62,616 nt of DNA, filler included, from Candidatus Desantisbacteria bacterium CG1_02_49_89 (GCA_001871075.1; 5 parts of 5 records of this genome joined end to end with filler, not necessarily neighbours in it); one strand, 5' to 3'; positions 22,047-32,227 are shown, counted from the whole stretch's first letter. A program made the numbers and translations. Notes: generated by a model not told the origin, from the sequence alone.

Positions 22047-22661
22047 TTATTTATTTTTCACAAATCTTTCTTTGCCGCATTTTTTGCATTTTATACCCGG
22101 AGGCCAGACTGTCATTTTAATTTCCCTGAATTCTCGATTAGTAGTCATATTTTCCTGGCCGCATCCCGAACAAATCCACTTTTCTTTAATAATCTTGACA
22201 GGATCAGGCGGTCTGCCTTTTCTCACAGGCCTTATAGCAAGTTTGTCAATTAATAGCAGTGCAAGCGCTTTATCCTTCTCATCATCCGTTGAAAGATACT
22301 GGCTTTTGTCCCGGTTTACGACAATCTTATCCAGCAATTCTCCGTTTTCCACAGGCGTGAAATGTGCTTTAAAAATCATAAGACCGGTCCAGCTGCGATG
22401 TAAGTATAGCCATTCCCCTTCCCTGTAGATATTCCATTTTTCTTCCATAACCTGCGCTTCATAACCTAAATTTATCTTTTCCAGGTGCCGCCGGTTATAA
22501 AATCTATTGCATTTCAATTCAGCATTAGAATCAGGCATCGGCTTTGACTGATGCGTTTTACCTGCTTTCTCTTTGGAAGTTATCATCGAAAACCCGGTCC
22601 CCATTATCGCCCATTGGCGAAGAGCGTCTGATAGGGAAAACAATTCAGTATTATCTTTCAT
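22047..22661 (-). CDS. Hypothetical protein with an MEEKW...WLYLHRSWTG domain and a C-terminal CxxC...CxxC zinc ribbon
   Basis: 204-aa ORF lying between the two ~190-bp repeats. Confidence 0.6.
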   Translation of the reverse strand: MKDNTELFSLSDALRQWAIMGTGFSMITSKEKAGKTHQSKPMPDSNAELKCNRFYNRRHLEKINLGYEAQVMEEKWNIYREGEWLYLHRSWTGLMIFKAHFTPVENGELLDKIVVNRDKSQYLSTDDEKDKALALLLIDKLAIRPVRKGRPPDPVKIIKEKWICSGCGQENMTTNREFREIKMTVWPPGIKCKKCGKERFVKNK

Positions 22662-22685
22662 TTTTTCTCTTCCAATTTTAATTCA

Positions 22686-22877
22686 ATCTGTCCTACTAAT
22701 TTCTGAGCTTCAGTTTATCTTTTGATATTCAAACCGCTGGAGAATTCTAATGCGGCGCCCTTGAAAGGACCGATGTTTTTCAGCCTGATTTTCTTTATAG
22801 CTGGTACATGAATATATGCCGCTTTAAACACTTTGCTTTCCCTTTCTAAAGAATTAATTAGAACCGTCCCCCGATTT
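22686..22877 (-). repeat. ~190-bp direct repeat, copy 2
   Basis: Aligns with 21853-22042; ends in AATTAGAACCGTCCCCCGATT; a third copy of this terminal motif is at 19912-19934. Confidence 0.8.
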
Positions 22878-22886
22878 ATTTAACCG

Positions 22887-23109
22887 GGCTCTTCTGACTT
22901 TGTTGTGCATAAAAAACAAGGTTTTATAGACGACAACTGCTCTTTAAAAACTTGACACGTTTTAAATATGTTGTATACTATATAATTATGGAAACTAAAA
23001 CTACTTTTAAGGAACTGTACAGTTTCACTGGTTTTCGTGCATGCTCGCGGTTAAAGACGTATCCCGATGACTCTGAGGCACGGGTTGTGGTAGTGAATCG
23101 GCGCCAAAA
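22887..23109 (+). mobile_element. ISL3-family element left end and transposase N-terminus, cut by the contig end
   Basis: Begins GGCTCTT (typical ISL3 end); TTGACA-16-TATACT promoter; ORF from 22988 METKTTFKELYSFTGFRACSRL...ARVVVVNRRQ. Confidence 0.6.
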
Positions 23110-23209
23110 NNNNNNNNNNNNNNNNNNNNNNNNNNNNNNNNNNNNNNNNNNNNTTAATTAATTAANNNNNNNNNNNNNNNNNNNNNNNNNNNNNNNNNNN
23201 NNNNNNNNN
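23110..23209. other. Artificial contig linker
   Basis: N-run with a TTAATTAATTAA six-frame-stop spacer. Confidence 0.98.
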
Positions 23210-26200
23210 TGGAGAGGAAACTCTTATGGCGCATACAACGAAGCCATAGACTATCATTTCGGCAATAACTATGATTTCAATGCCGCAGGATTATGCAATT
23301 TAGCATTTTCTCTCAATTATAGCAGCATAAAGGTTGACTGGTTAAGAGTACGCAAATACACACAAAACGAGCCCGTTATCACTTTTGGAAATGAATCGCC
23401 TGTCTATGGTATATCTGTAACGGTAGACGGTTCTCCGCCGGCAACTGCCCTCACTATCATCGGCCCAAAATATGAGCAGGAGATAAACGGAGAAATTAAA
23501 ACCTGGATTACTTCCGCAGCTCAGATTAATCTTGTGTCCACCGACAACTTGTCAGGCTTAAACAGGATTGAATACAGAACAGATAATACAGCCCTCTGGA
23601 ATATAAGTACCTCTCCTGCAGCAATACAAATTACAAAAGAAGGCACGCATACGCTATGGTTCAGGGGCATTGACAACGTTGAAAATATTGAGCAGATAAA
23701 TAGTATAACGCTTTATGTTGACAACTCAGCACCTGTTACTGATTTGAATATCGGCAAACCTATCTACGCTATTTCAGATACGTTTATAACTTCCTCCACG
23801 CCCATAACCCTTTCTTCCTCTGACGCAGGCTGCGGCTTAAAAGCAATTGAATACAGGATAGACGAATCCACATGGCAGGCGTACTCGGATCCATTCACCG
23901 TGCCTTCCGGCGGCAGGCACACGATTTACTACCGTTCCTTTGACAACCTGAACAACGAGGAGATGGAGGGATCTGCCAAAACCGTAACCTCTCTGCCTGA
24001 CTGGCAGTCGTTCACAGAAATAGACGGCGTGGACATTGATGCAAGTCCCGGTGACGTGTCTATAGCCGGCATTCCCGTCTGGCAGGCTATGTGCGAGTTC
24101 AACAAAATGCCGGAGGAATCAGATCCGCCCTGGAACTCATATATCAGCTACGGACAATATAGCGCAGAGTTGTTAGAAAATTGCCTGCATCTTTCGACCT
24201 CTGACCCTGCTGTGTACACAGGCTGGTACAGGATAGTCCCTGAGTTTTCGTCTGAAATAGGGTCAACTGTTGAAGCAAGGCTTAAGGTAGTTACCACCGA
24301 TGATTATCCCGGCGACATCCGCATATTCCTTATAGACGGCTCTTGTGAGATGAGCCTTGGTTTCAAGTCGAACTCAGTCTGCATGGGCTACGGGGATGCA
24401 GGGTTTACAATCCTCACAGAGCTTCCTTTTAATACCACCGATGGCTTCCATACTTACAGGCTTACGCTGAAACAGGGAACCGCAAACCTGTATATTGACA
24501 ACAATCCCGTCCCGGTCCTTACCCAGCCCGGTATAGGGTATTCGGATCGGTTTATTTTCTTCGGTGACTACACATATCAGGAGTCTTTTGACAGCGGACA
24601 GCATTCAGAGGTTTGGGATTACGTGCGCTACACAGCAAAGGGTGCCTTTGCGCCCTCCCCTGTAGTCCAGGGTTTTATACGGAATAAAATCGTGTGGGAC
24701 GGAATACCTTCCTATCAGGGAGTATTCAGATCAAGCGGATCTGTTCCTGAAGGTACTGACATCAAATACGAAATTTCGTACAGCGCGGACGACATCTCCT
24801 ATACCCAGGCCCTGGAAATCGGAAACGGCGCGGTCATACTTCCGGGATACAAATACGGCATAATCAAGGCAATCCTTTCCTCGCAGAATTCGGGTATTAC
24901 ACCCGTGCTGCATGATTATACGCTCTTTTACCCCACGGGGCATAAGTCCACAACCGTCATAGTGGATGACATCCCGCCGGTTACCTCCATATCCTGCGGC
25001 TCCCCTGCGTACTTTGACGGCGCAGACACCTGGATCACTCCTGCCACGGTATTTCATCTGAGTTGCGCAGACCAGGGCATCGACACTCCTTCAGGGACCG
25101 CTATCACCTTATACCGCATAAACGGGGGGATGTTCAGGCCCACAAGAGACGGGTTCAGCCCCAAAAACTGCGGCACAGACCGCTGCACCATAGAGTTTTA
25201 CGGCGTTGACAACCTTTCAAACGCAGAGCAGGTGAGATCGTATTCGGCGCGGGTTGACACGACACCGCCTTCAGTGGACGTCAGCACAGGGACGCCAAGC
25301 TATACGGCAAACGCAGAGACATATATAGGTCCCCTGACGAAGATTTATTTGCTGCCTTCTGACTCAGGGTGCGGACCCGAGACGGTTTCTTACCAAGTTG
25401 ACACCGGGCCCATCTTGCCTTACACACTGCCGTTCTCAATCATTTCAGGCGGGAAGCACTCTATAAGCTGGTATGCCTGGGACAAGCTGGGTAACTTTTC
25501 GACTTCCGGGAAGAGGGTGTTCACTTCTCTTGAAGACTGGCAGAAAGAAGGGGCATATTCATACAACATTGACCTGTTCTTTACCCCCGGAGACGTCAGG
25601 CTTATGCCCGCAGCAGTTTACGGCTACCACATTTCGTCCGTCATCGATTTGGGAAAAATTCCAGAAGAGGACGGATTATTCAGCGCCGACTTTCAGGCAG
25701 GCCAGAACAACGGCATTCAGTTTGAATATTCGCATGCCAATATAACGTCAGCCCAGGACTGGCAGTGGGCACAGGAAATAATCATAAATAACCCTGCAGG
25801 TTCTGCCCTTGAGGAATACCAGGCGCTCGTGGAGCTTACCGCTTCTGATTTTGACTATTCAAAGGCAAGACCTGACGGGTCTGACATACGCTTCCAGGAT
25901 TCAGACAAAATTACTTTCCTTCCGTATTACATAGATACATGGAACCCTTCAGGCATAAGCAGAATATGGGTTAAGGTTCCGTATATCCCTGCCAACTCTT
26001 CAAAATCTGTATATATCCTCTATGGAAATCTTTCTGCGGAAAGCGAGTCAAGCGGTGAAAGCGTGTTCCTTGCGTTTGACGACTTCAACGACAATAGCTG
26101 GCAGGACAAATGGGTCCTGGATTCGGCAGGCCCGGGTGCGCCGCAGATCACGGAGCACTACGGCTATCTTGACATCCCGTCCTGGTTTGGCGGCGGCCAG

Positions 26201-29200
26201 AACCTGACCTCCTGCTTTGATTTCCTATCCCAGCCCATCCTCATTGAATCCCGCATGCTGCATTTTGAAAGCTATGAGTCCCAGTCAATCTTAGGCCTGA
26301 AACAGGGCCATTACATCCTCGGGTTCGGAAACAACGGTTATGAAAACAGGGGTTTCTACCTTGAGGACTACGCTGGAAGGGGGCTGGGAGCAGAGAACTG
26401 GGCAGGAGGCAATGCTTACGGGGTATGGAAATGCTACAGGATACTTGCTGACGGAAACAATTTTGACGGCTGGAGGGGCGACGCTGACGGGATATACGAC
26501 CAGTTCATAGACTGGGACTTCGGCAATAGCTATGATTTCAATACCACGGGTCCATGCAACGCCCGCATATATATCTGGCGTAGCGGCATACTGCTTGATT
26601 GGTTTCGGATAAGAAAATACGCCCAGACAGAGCCGGCAGTGATAATAGACGGAGAGGAAAGGCAGAACGACTGGTCAGAGTGGACGACAATTAATTCAGG
26701 CGAAACGCTGCCCGCAGGCTACAGGTTCTACAGGGTCCGCACAACCCTTAGTTCAGACGCAGCTTCAGAGCCTGTCTTGCATTCGTATGAGCTGTCCTTC
26801 GAAAAGCCGGTATTCCTCAACGTTGACAATACCGCCCCTTCGCTTGTTATCACAGTCCCCCCAGAGGCAGGCCCGGACCCGGTTCAGGTTTCTGTCCAGG
26901 CAAGCGAGGAATTAAAAGCTGCGCCCGAAGTCAGGGTCACGCAGAACGGTATGGAAGGCTGGGGCATCGTTCCTCTCGCATATCATGGCAATAGCCTGTG
27001 GACAGGGCAGTACCAGGCATTCGCAGGATATAACGGCAAGGCGCAAATTGAGGTCACGGGGCAGGATTTAGCAGGGCATACAGGCACATCCAGGTCCGAG
27101 TTTATGGTTAATATTCCTTCTTTAGAATTTTCATTTGATAATGTCTGGGATGAACCCGATCCGTTCAATCCGCCCCAGCAGACGGCGAAAATACACTTCA
27201 CCGTCTCTAATCCGGGTACTTATATCGGTTTCGTATTTCTTTTTGACGATATGCAAAACCAGGTAAATTACTTTAGATATGACAATATTAGCGGACCATA
27301 CCAAGTAGAATGGAATGGCATGGATGAGATGGGAAACATGGCAAGAGAAGGAGTCTATACTTACAGGTTTACTGCTCTGACAGCAGAAGAGCAGGCAATT
27401 GATAAGATGGGCAAAATAACCCTGCTGAATATGGCAAGCCTTGATACGTCAGGCGCAGGTATTTACAATCCCGGTAACCCTCAGCTTCAGATAATTCCGT
27501 ATACCCCGCAGCATCCTGCCGTGGCAGGAGCCTTCTCGACGTTCAATCCGCAGGGACTTGCGCCTATAAGCTCAATTTATAATTTGCAGCCTGAAGGCAC
27601 TCTTTTTGACCCGCCTGCCAGGTTTACTATCCGCTACACCGATGCGGATGCTGAAATAGTGGGCGAGGATAACTTGTGGATATATATGTTTGACGAAGGA
27701 GGCAATTCCTGGGCCAAGGTAGAACCACAGTATAAAGATAAGGATAGCAATACAATCACGATTTACATAGACCATCTCTCCCTTTATTCGCTCTTATTCT
27801 CCAAGACCGAAGTCAACATTACTCCGCCTATAGCTGAAATTACTGATCCAATACATATGAGTTTTGTGGCTAATAACGTTGAGATCAAGGGAACAGCAAA
27901 TGCTATGCTCTTTGGCAATTACAGGTTTGATTACGGAGCAGGGGCATTCCCTGACACCTGGACCCTTATAGAACCGGTTTACGGCTATCCTGTTGAAAGC
28001 TCCACACTTACAATATGGAATACAACAGGTCTTGAGGGAATTTACACCCTCAGGTTGACAGTTGCAAACAGAATAGGGGATACAGCAAGTACACAGGTAA
28101 CAGTCATAATTGACAATACAAAGCCGACAACAACTACCCTGACAATCGGAGAACCGAAGTATGACTATACTAACGGAACACCAGTAGTTGTGACGTCCCA
28201 TACGCCGTTTGTCCTTACCTGCCTTGATAGCGGTCTGATGCCGTCAGGCATCCTGCAGTCTGAATACGCTGTTGACACAGATGCTTCTTGGACTCTTGCA
28301 AGCTATTCAGGTGAAGATACCCTCACAGGAGCCCAGCTGTTTATATTCACAATTCCTGATGCCTATCTTGACGCAGAGCACGCAATTTATTACCGCAGCG
28401 TAGACAATGCCGGCAACTTTGAGGATTCTAAATCAATAACAATAGTCCTTGACAATACAAGCCCGGCTGCCGCGCTGGCTTATCCGTCAAAACAGGATAC
28501 AGGCATCTGCAAGATCGTGAACAGCAATACGATGTCAATCATAGGAACCACCACAGACATTCACTTCTCGCTCTACAGAATTGAACTGAAGGCAATGAGA
28601 GACGGGGATACACCCACAGACTGGACAACCATAAACGAAGCTGAGTTGCAGAAGGAAACACAGTCACTCGGAGTTTGGAACACCACCCAGTTCACCAAGA
28701 ACAGGTGGTATTATATTAGGATTGTTTCAACTGACAAGGTGAATAACACGTCCATTGACACAGTTTCAGTCTATCTTGGCAACCCTGAAGTTAAGCTTGT
28801 ATTCGGTAGTCACGGAAATGACAACGGTGATTTCAAGGAGCCCTATGGCATAGCCTTCTCCCCAACCCAGGAAGGTTCTGATAATTCGGGCTGTATTTTT
28901 GTCACAGACAACAAGAATGACAGGGTCCAGAAGTTCGACATAAACGGCAAATTCCTGCTTTCATTCAACGGCAGGAGCGGGGAATCCCACAAGCTAAAGA
29001 AACCTTCCGGTATTGCCGTTGACCCTGAATCAGCCTGCGTGTTCGTGGCAGACAGAGATAATGACCGTATCCAGGCATTTGACCTGTTCGGTAACTTCCT
29101 GTTCTCCTTCGGGGAAAAACACGACATCAAGAGACCGGAGCAGCTTTCTGTGGGCTTATACTACACCTATCAGGATACCAGCTATGCCTGCACAAAAGCA

Positions 29201-29986
29201 GTGTATGTGGCAGACGCCAAAAAGGACAGGATAGCCATATTTGACTACGAAGGCAACCTGCTTGCCACAATATCTAACCTTGACGATCCTCAGGGAGTGT
29301 TTGCCCTTGATCATCTGCAATATCCGGGCTCAACGCAGGCAGGCGTCTATGTGGCCAATACTGATGATAATATCGTCACTGTTTACACCTCAGCCCTTAC
29401 CCCAACCTTCAGCATAAAAGGTCTTGATGACCCAAGGGCTGTGTATGCTGATCAGAGAGGCTATATCTACGTTTCTGACACTGACCACAACAAGATAAAG
29501 AGATACAACAGGTACGGAGAGCTTCTTATGCAGTATTCAGGCTCCTGCACTACTTCTCTTGATAAACCCGCAGGTATCTGCCTTGATAACCAGGGCAACC
29601 TTTGGATAGCAGATGAGGAGAACAACAGGATAGTCAAGATAGGCGCTCCAACAGTAGACGAAACTATGGCTATGCGTATGTTCTCTCTGCCCAAAGCAGC
29701 GATGACCATTAAAGATGCTTATGCATTCCCTGTACCTTTCAAGCCTAATTCAGGTCTTGGCCACACAGCCATTAGTTTCAAACTCTACAGCACCCTGAAC
29801 GTCCTGCTCAGGATCTACAACATATCAGGGGAACTGGTGTTTGAACAAACAGGCATAACCACAGACCCCTACATTTGGAATGTGCTCAATAACTGGAGTG
29901 AACCGATTGCTTCTGGTGTCTACATCTACTTCCTGACAGATAGTACTTTGGAAAGGAAGATTGGGAAAATCATGATCATACGGTGA
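23210..29986 (+). CDS. Large secreted protein (5' truncated, more than 2,250 aa): Ig-like repeats, DUF2341-like modules, FlgD-like Ig, NHL beta-propeller, T9SS type-A-like CTD
   Basis: Frame is open from the contig start (WRGNSYG...DWLRVRKY repeats the later DWFRIRKY module). DYSKARPDGSDIRF...IWVKVP is DUF2341-like; NHL repeats such as FKEPYGIAF...DRVQKFD; C-terminus YAFPVPF...RIYNISGELV...IASGVYIY...GKIMIIR. Confidence 0.85.
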   Translation, partial: WRGNSYGAYNEAIDYHFGNNYDFNAAGLCNLAFSLNYSSIKVDWLRVRKYTQNEPVITFGNESPVYGISVTVDGSPPATALTIIGPKYEQEINGEIKTWITSAAQINLVSTDNLSGLNRIEYRTDNTALWNISTSPAAIQITKEGTHTLWFRGIDNVENIEQINSITLYVDNSAPVTDLNIGKPIYAISDTFITSSTPITLSSSDAGCGLKAIEYRIDESTWQAYSDPFTVPSGGRHTIYYRSFDNLNNEEMEGSAKTVTSLPDWQSFTEIDGVDIDASPGDVSIAGIPVWQAMCEFNKMPEESDPPWNSYISYGQYSAELLENCLHLSTSDPAVYTGWYRIVPEFSSEIGSTVEARLKVVTTDDYPGDIRIFLIDGSCEMSLGFKSNSVCMGYGDAGFTILTELPFNTTDGFHTYRLTLKQGTANLYIDNNPVPVLTQPGIGYSDRFIFFGDYTYQESFDSGQHSEVWDYVRYTAKGAFAPSPVVQGFIRNKIVWDGIPSYQGVFRSSGSVPEGTDIKYEISYSADDISYTQALEIGNGAVILPGYKYGIIKAILSSQNSGITPVLHDYTLFYPTGHKSTTVIVDDIPPVTSISCGSPAYFDGADTWITPATVFHLSCADQGIDTPSGTAITLYRINGGMFRPTRDGFSPKNCGTDRCTIEFYGVDNLSNAEQVRSYSARVDTTPPSVDVSTGTPSYTANAETYIGPLTKIYLLPSDSGCGPETVSYQVDTGPILPYTLPFSIISGGKHSISWYAWDKLGNFSTSGKRVFTSLEDWQKEGAYSYNIDLFFTPGDVRLMPAAVYGYHISSVIDLGKIPEEDGLFSADFQAGQNNGIQFEYSHANITSAQDWQWAQEIIINNPAGSALEEYQALVELTASDFDYSKARPDGSDIRFQDSDKITFLPYYIDTWNPSGISRIWVKVPYIPANSSKSVYILYGNLSAESESSGESVFLAFDDFNDNSWQDKWVLDSAGPGAPQITEHYGYLDIPSWFGGGQNLTSCFDFLSQPILIESRMLHFESYESQSILGLKQGHYILGFGNNGYENRGFYLEDYAGRGLGAENWAGGNAYGVWKCYRILADGNNFDGWRGDADGIYDQFIDWDFGNSYDFNTTGPCNARIYIWRSGILLDWFRIRKYAQTEPAVIIDGEERQNDWSEWTTINSGETLPAGYRFYRVRTTLSSDAASEPVLHSYELSFEKPVFLNVDNTAPSLVITVPPEAGPDPVQVSVQASEELKAAPEVRVTQNGMEGWGIVPLAYHGNSLWTGQYQAFAGYNGKAQIEVTGQDLAGHTGTSRSEFMVNIPSLEFSFDNVWDEPDPFNPPQQTAKIHFTVSNPGTYIGFVFLFDDMQNQVNYFRYDNISGPYQVEWNGMDEMGNMAREGVYTYRFTALTAEEQAIDKMGKITLLNMASLDTSGAGIYNPGNPQLQIIPYTPQHPAVAGAFSTFNPQGLAPISSIYNLQPEGTLFDPPARFTIRYTDADAEIVGEDNLWIYMFDEGGNSWAKVEPQYKDKDSNTITIYIDHLSLYSLLFSKTEVNITPPIAEITDPIHMSFVANNVEIKGTANAMLFGNYRFDYGAGAFPDTWTLIEPVYGYPVESSTLTIWNTTGLEGIYTLRLTVANRIGDTASTQVTVIIDNTKPTTTTLTIGEPKYDYTNGTPVVVTSHTPFVLTCLDSGLMPSGILQSEYAVDTDASWTLASYSGEDTLTGAQLFIFTIPDAYLDAEHAIYYRSVDNAGNFEDSKSITIVLDNTSPAAALAYPSKQDTGICKIVNSNTMSIIGTTTDIHFSLYRIELKAMRDGDTPTDWTTINEAELQKETQSLGVWNTTQFTKNRWYYIRIVSTDKVNNTSIDTVSVYLGNPEVKLVFGSHGNDNGDFKEPYGIAFSPTQEGSDNSGCIFVTDNKNDRVQKFDINGKFLLSFNGRSGESHKLKKPSGIAVDPESACVFVADRDNDRIQAFDLFGNFLFSFGEKHDIKRPEQLSVGLYYTYQDTSYACTKAVYVADAKKDRIAIFDYEGNLLATISNLDDPQGVFALDHLQYPGSTQAGVYVANTDDNIVTVYTSALTPTFSIKGLDDPRAVYADQRGYIYVSDTDHNKIKRYNRYGELLMQYSGSCTTSLDKPAGICLDNQGNLWIADEENNRIVKIGAPTVDETMAMRMFSLPKAAMTIKDAYAFPVPFKPNSGLGHTAISFKLYSTLNVLLRIYNISGELVFEQTGITTDPYIWNVLNNWSEPIASGVYIYFLTDSTLERKIGKIMIIR

Positions 29987-30079
29987 TACTGTATCAATTA
30001 AAAATGTCCCAAAGGTCCCAACGGGATCCCCTTGGGAGATTCCTTCGGAGCAAAATGCAAAATTAAAAATGAAGGAAAA

Positions 30080-31018
30080 ATGAAAAAGATTATATTTTTA
30101 GTTGTTACCTTACACCTTACACTTTACACGTTACACGGTATTTGCGCAGGTCCCGGCACCACAGGCGCAATCTTCCTGAAACTCGGGGTAGGTAGCCGCC
30201 CTGTTGCAATGGGTGAAGCCTTTGTAGCGGCAGCAGATGATATCAATGCCCTATACTGGAATCCATCCGGTCTGTCTCTCGCGGAAGGAAAGCAGGTAAT
30301 ATTCACTCATACAGAATGGTTTCAGGCTATCAGATACGAGTATCTTGCCTACTGCCAGTCCCTAAGGGATCCCTTCGGGACCAGCTTTGGTGTTATAGGA
30401 GCAGGTATAACCTATCTGTATATCACAGACATTGAAAGAAGGGACCTTGCGGGAACCCTGCTTGGAACTACGGTACCTGCGAATGACCTGGCGATAGCCG
30501 TATCATACGCTAAAACGCTGTCAGAGCGCCTTAACCTTGGGGGAACAGTTAAGATCATCAACCAGCAGCTGGATGACAAATCCGCGCTTGGTGCAGCCAT
30601 AGACCTTGGTATGCAGTACAACCTGAACAAGGAAGGCCTGGTTATGGGTCTTGCCCTGCAGAATATGGGTTATGAAGCCCCATTCATTACAGAGGCAAGC
30701 CCTCTGCCTATGAACCTGAAGGTGGGCATTGCCAACAAATCCCCTGACAGCAAGCTTACCCTTGCAGCTGACCTGAATTACTCCATCCTTGATTCTATAT
30801 GGGCTGTGGGAGCAGGTATTGAATACTGGGTCCATTCTGTGCTTGCCATCAGGGCAGGATATAAGTATAACAGCGCGATAAACAACACCCTGGGGGCGCT
30901 TGCCGGCCTAACTTGCGGCGCCGGCTTCAACATCGGCATATTGGGTATAGATTACGCTCTTGTGCCTTACGGGGATTTGGGTTACACTCATAGGGTTTCC
31001 TTATTAGCCAAATTTTGA
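30080..31018 (+). CDS. PorV/PorQ-family outer-membrane beta-barrel
   Basis: FLKLGVGSRPVAMGEAFVAAADDINALYWNPSGL N-terminal motif; C-terminal DYALVPYGDLGYTHRVSLLAKF; directly follows a CTD-bearing gene. Confidence 0.85.
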   Translation: MKKIIFLVVTLHLTLYTLHGICAGPGTTGAIFLKLGVGSRPVAMGEAFVAAADDINALYWNPSGLSLAEGKQVIFTHTEWFQAIRYEYLAYCQSLRDPFGTSFGVIGAGITYLYITDIERRDLAGTLLGTTVPANDLAIAVSYAKTLSERLNLGGTVKIINQQLDDKSALGAAIDLGMQYNLNKEGLVMGLALQNMGYEAPFITEASPLPMNLKVGIANKSPDSKLTLAADLNYSILDSIWAVGAGIEYWVHSVLAIRAGYKYNSAINNTLGALAGLTCGAGFNIGILGIDYALVPYGDLGYTHRVSLLAKF

Positions 31019-31250
31019 ATAAACTCCTATCCCCCCTTCTTGTTCTGATTTTACATCAGAGCAGGGGGGCCGAATTTCGCTCATTGCGAAATTCTAACGC
31101 AGCCGAGTGAATGTCAGGCGGAATCCGGCCTGCTTTCCGGGGCTCTCACCAACTCGAGTCCGTTGGCAAGCTTGTGTTCGTTATTCCTCACACGCCAACC
31201 ATCTTGCAGGCGTCGCTAAACCGTTCCGATTTATTCATCGGGATAGCGAT

Positions 31251-31304
31251 CCTTATGGCGATTTAGGGTATACCCACCGCATATCGAAGCTTACAAAGTT
31301 TTAA
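31251..31304 (+). pseudogene. Relic 3' end of a second PorV-family gene
   Basis: Encodes PYGDLGYTHRISKLTKF* versus PYGDLGYTHRVSLLAKF* at 30965-31018. Confidence 0.7.
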
Positions 31305-31394
31305 CCTGCAGCCCGCCTGAGATATAAACTATAACAGCCCAAAATCCTGTTTCTGGGTATCCCAAGTATTTGCTAAGGTCCCAAATCAGTAAAA

Positions 31395-31420
31395 GAAGCC
31401 GTCCGTCAAGACGGCTTTTG
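31395..31420 (+). terminator. Rho-independent terminator-like hairpin
   Basis: AAGCCGTC-CGTCAA-GACGGCTT followed by a T-rich tract. Confidence 0.55.
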
Positions 31421-31427
31421 ATTTTAT

Positions 31428-31456
31428 TTGCAATTTTAGGCGAATTATGTTATAAT
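31428..31456 (+). promoter_or_regulatory. Sigma70-like promoter for murJ
   Basis: TTGCAA-17 nt-TATAAT with an extended -10 TG. Confidence 0.6.
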
Positions 31457-31556
31457 AAAAGCTAATTAATAAAGTAGCTTAAATAGATTATAGCTGAATA
31501 GAGATTGCTTCGCTATCGCTCGCAACGACTTCGTCGGATGACAAGAGGGAAATTGT

Positions 31557-32127
31557 ATGGAAGAAAAAGGTCTCGTAAGATCCGCGTCTGAGGCAGGTCT
31601 CGGCACACTGCTGAGCCGCATCCTGGGTTATGTAAGGGACATGGTCATCGCCGCGAAGTTCGGCGCCGGCGCCTGGGCTGACGCGTTCTACGTCGCCTTC
31701 CGCATACCCAACCTTCTGCGCAACCTTCTGGGAGAGGGGACGCTTGGCACGTCATTCATTCCCGTGTTCAGCGAATACATGGTGAAAAAGGAGGAGGATG
31801 CCTGGGAAATAGCAAAGATAGCGTTTTCCCTGCTTCTCGTGGTCCTTTCCTGCCTTACTCTCCTGGGAATTTTCATCACGCCGTTAATAGTCAGGGTCAT
31901 AGCGCCCGGTTTTTCGTCAAGCCCTGAAAAGTTCGCGCTCACGGTAACGCTTACGCGGCTGATGTTCCCGTTCCTGCTTTTTATTTCGCTTGCGGCGCTT
32001 GCCACGGCGCTTTTAAACAGCATGCGTTCTTTTTTCATCCCGGCTTTTGCCCCGGCCATGCTCAGTGCGGGCGAGATATTTTCGGTGCTGGTGATCGTCC
32101 CGTTCATGGGCGGCAGGATAGAGGGGC
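31557..32127 (+). CDS. murJ: Lipid II flippase MurJ (3' truncated by the contig end)
   Basis: LSRILGYVRD...ADAFYVAFRIPNLLRNLLGEG...FIPVF signature. Confidence 0.93.
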
Positions 32128-32227
32128 NNNNNNNNNNNNNNNNNNNNNNNNNNNNNNNNNNNNNNNNNNNNTTAATTAATTAANNNNNNNNNNNNNNNNN
32201 NNNNNNNNNNNNNNNNNNNNNNNNNNN
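32128..32227. other. Artificial contig linker
   Basis: N-run with TTAATTAATTAA. Confidence 0.98.

Noticed and set aside
19912-22877. CRISPR array or classical integron
   Set aside because: Repeats are separated by whole genes, not 30-40 nt spacers; no cas or intI gene and no convincing attC structure seen.
23110-23209. TTAATTAATTAA motif repeated four times inside N-runs
   Set aside because: Artificial scaffold linker; gene neighbourhoods across these points were not treated as real.
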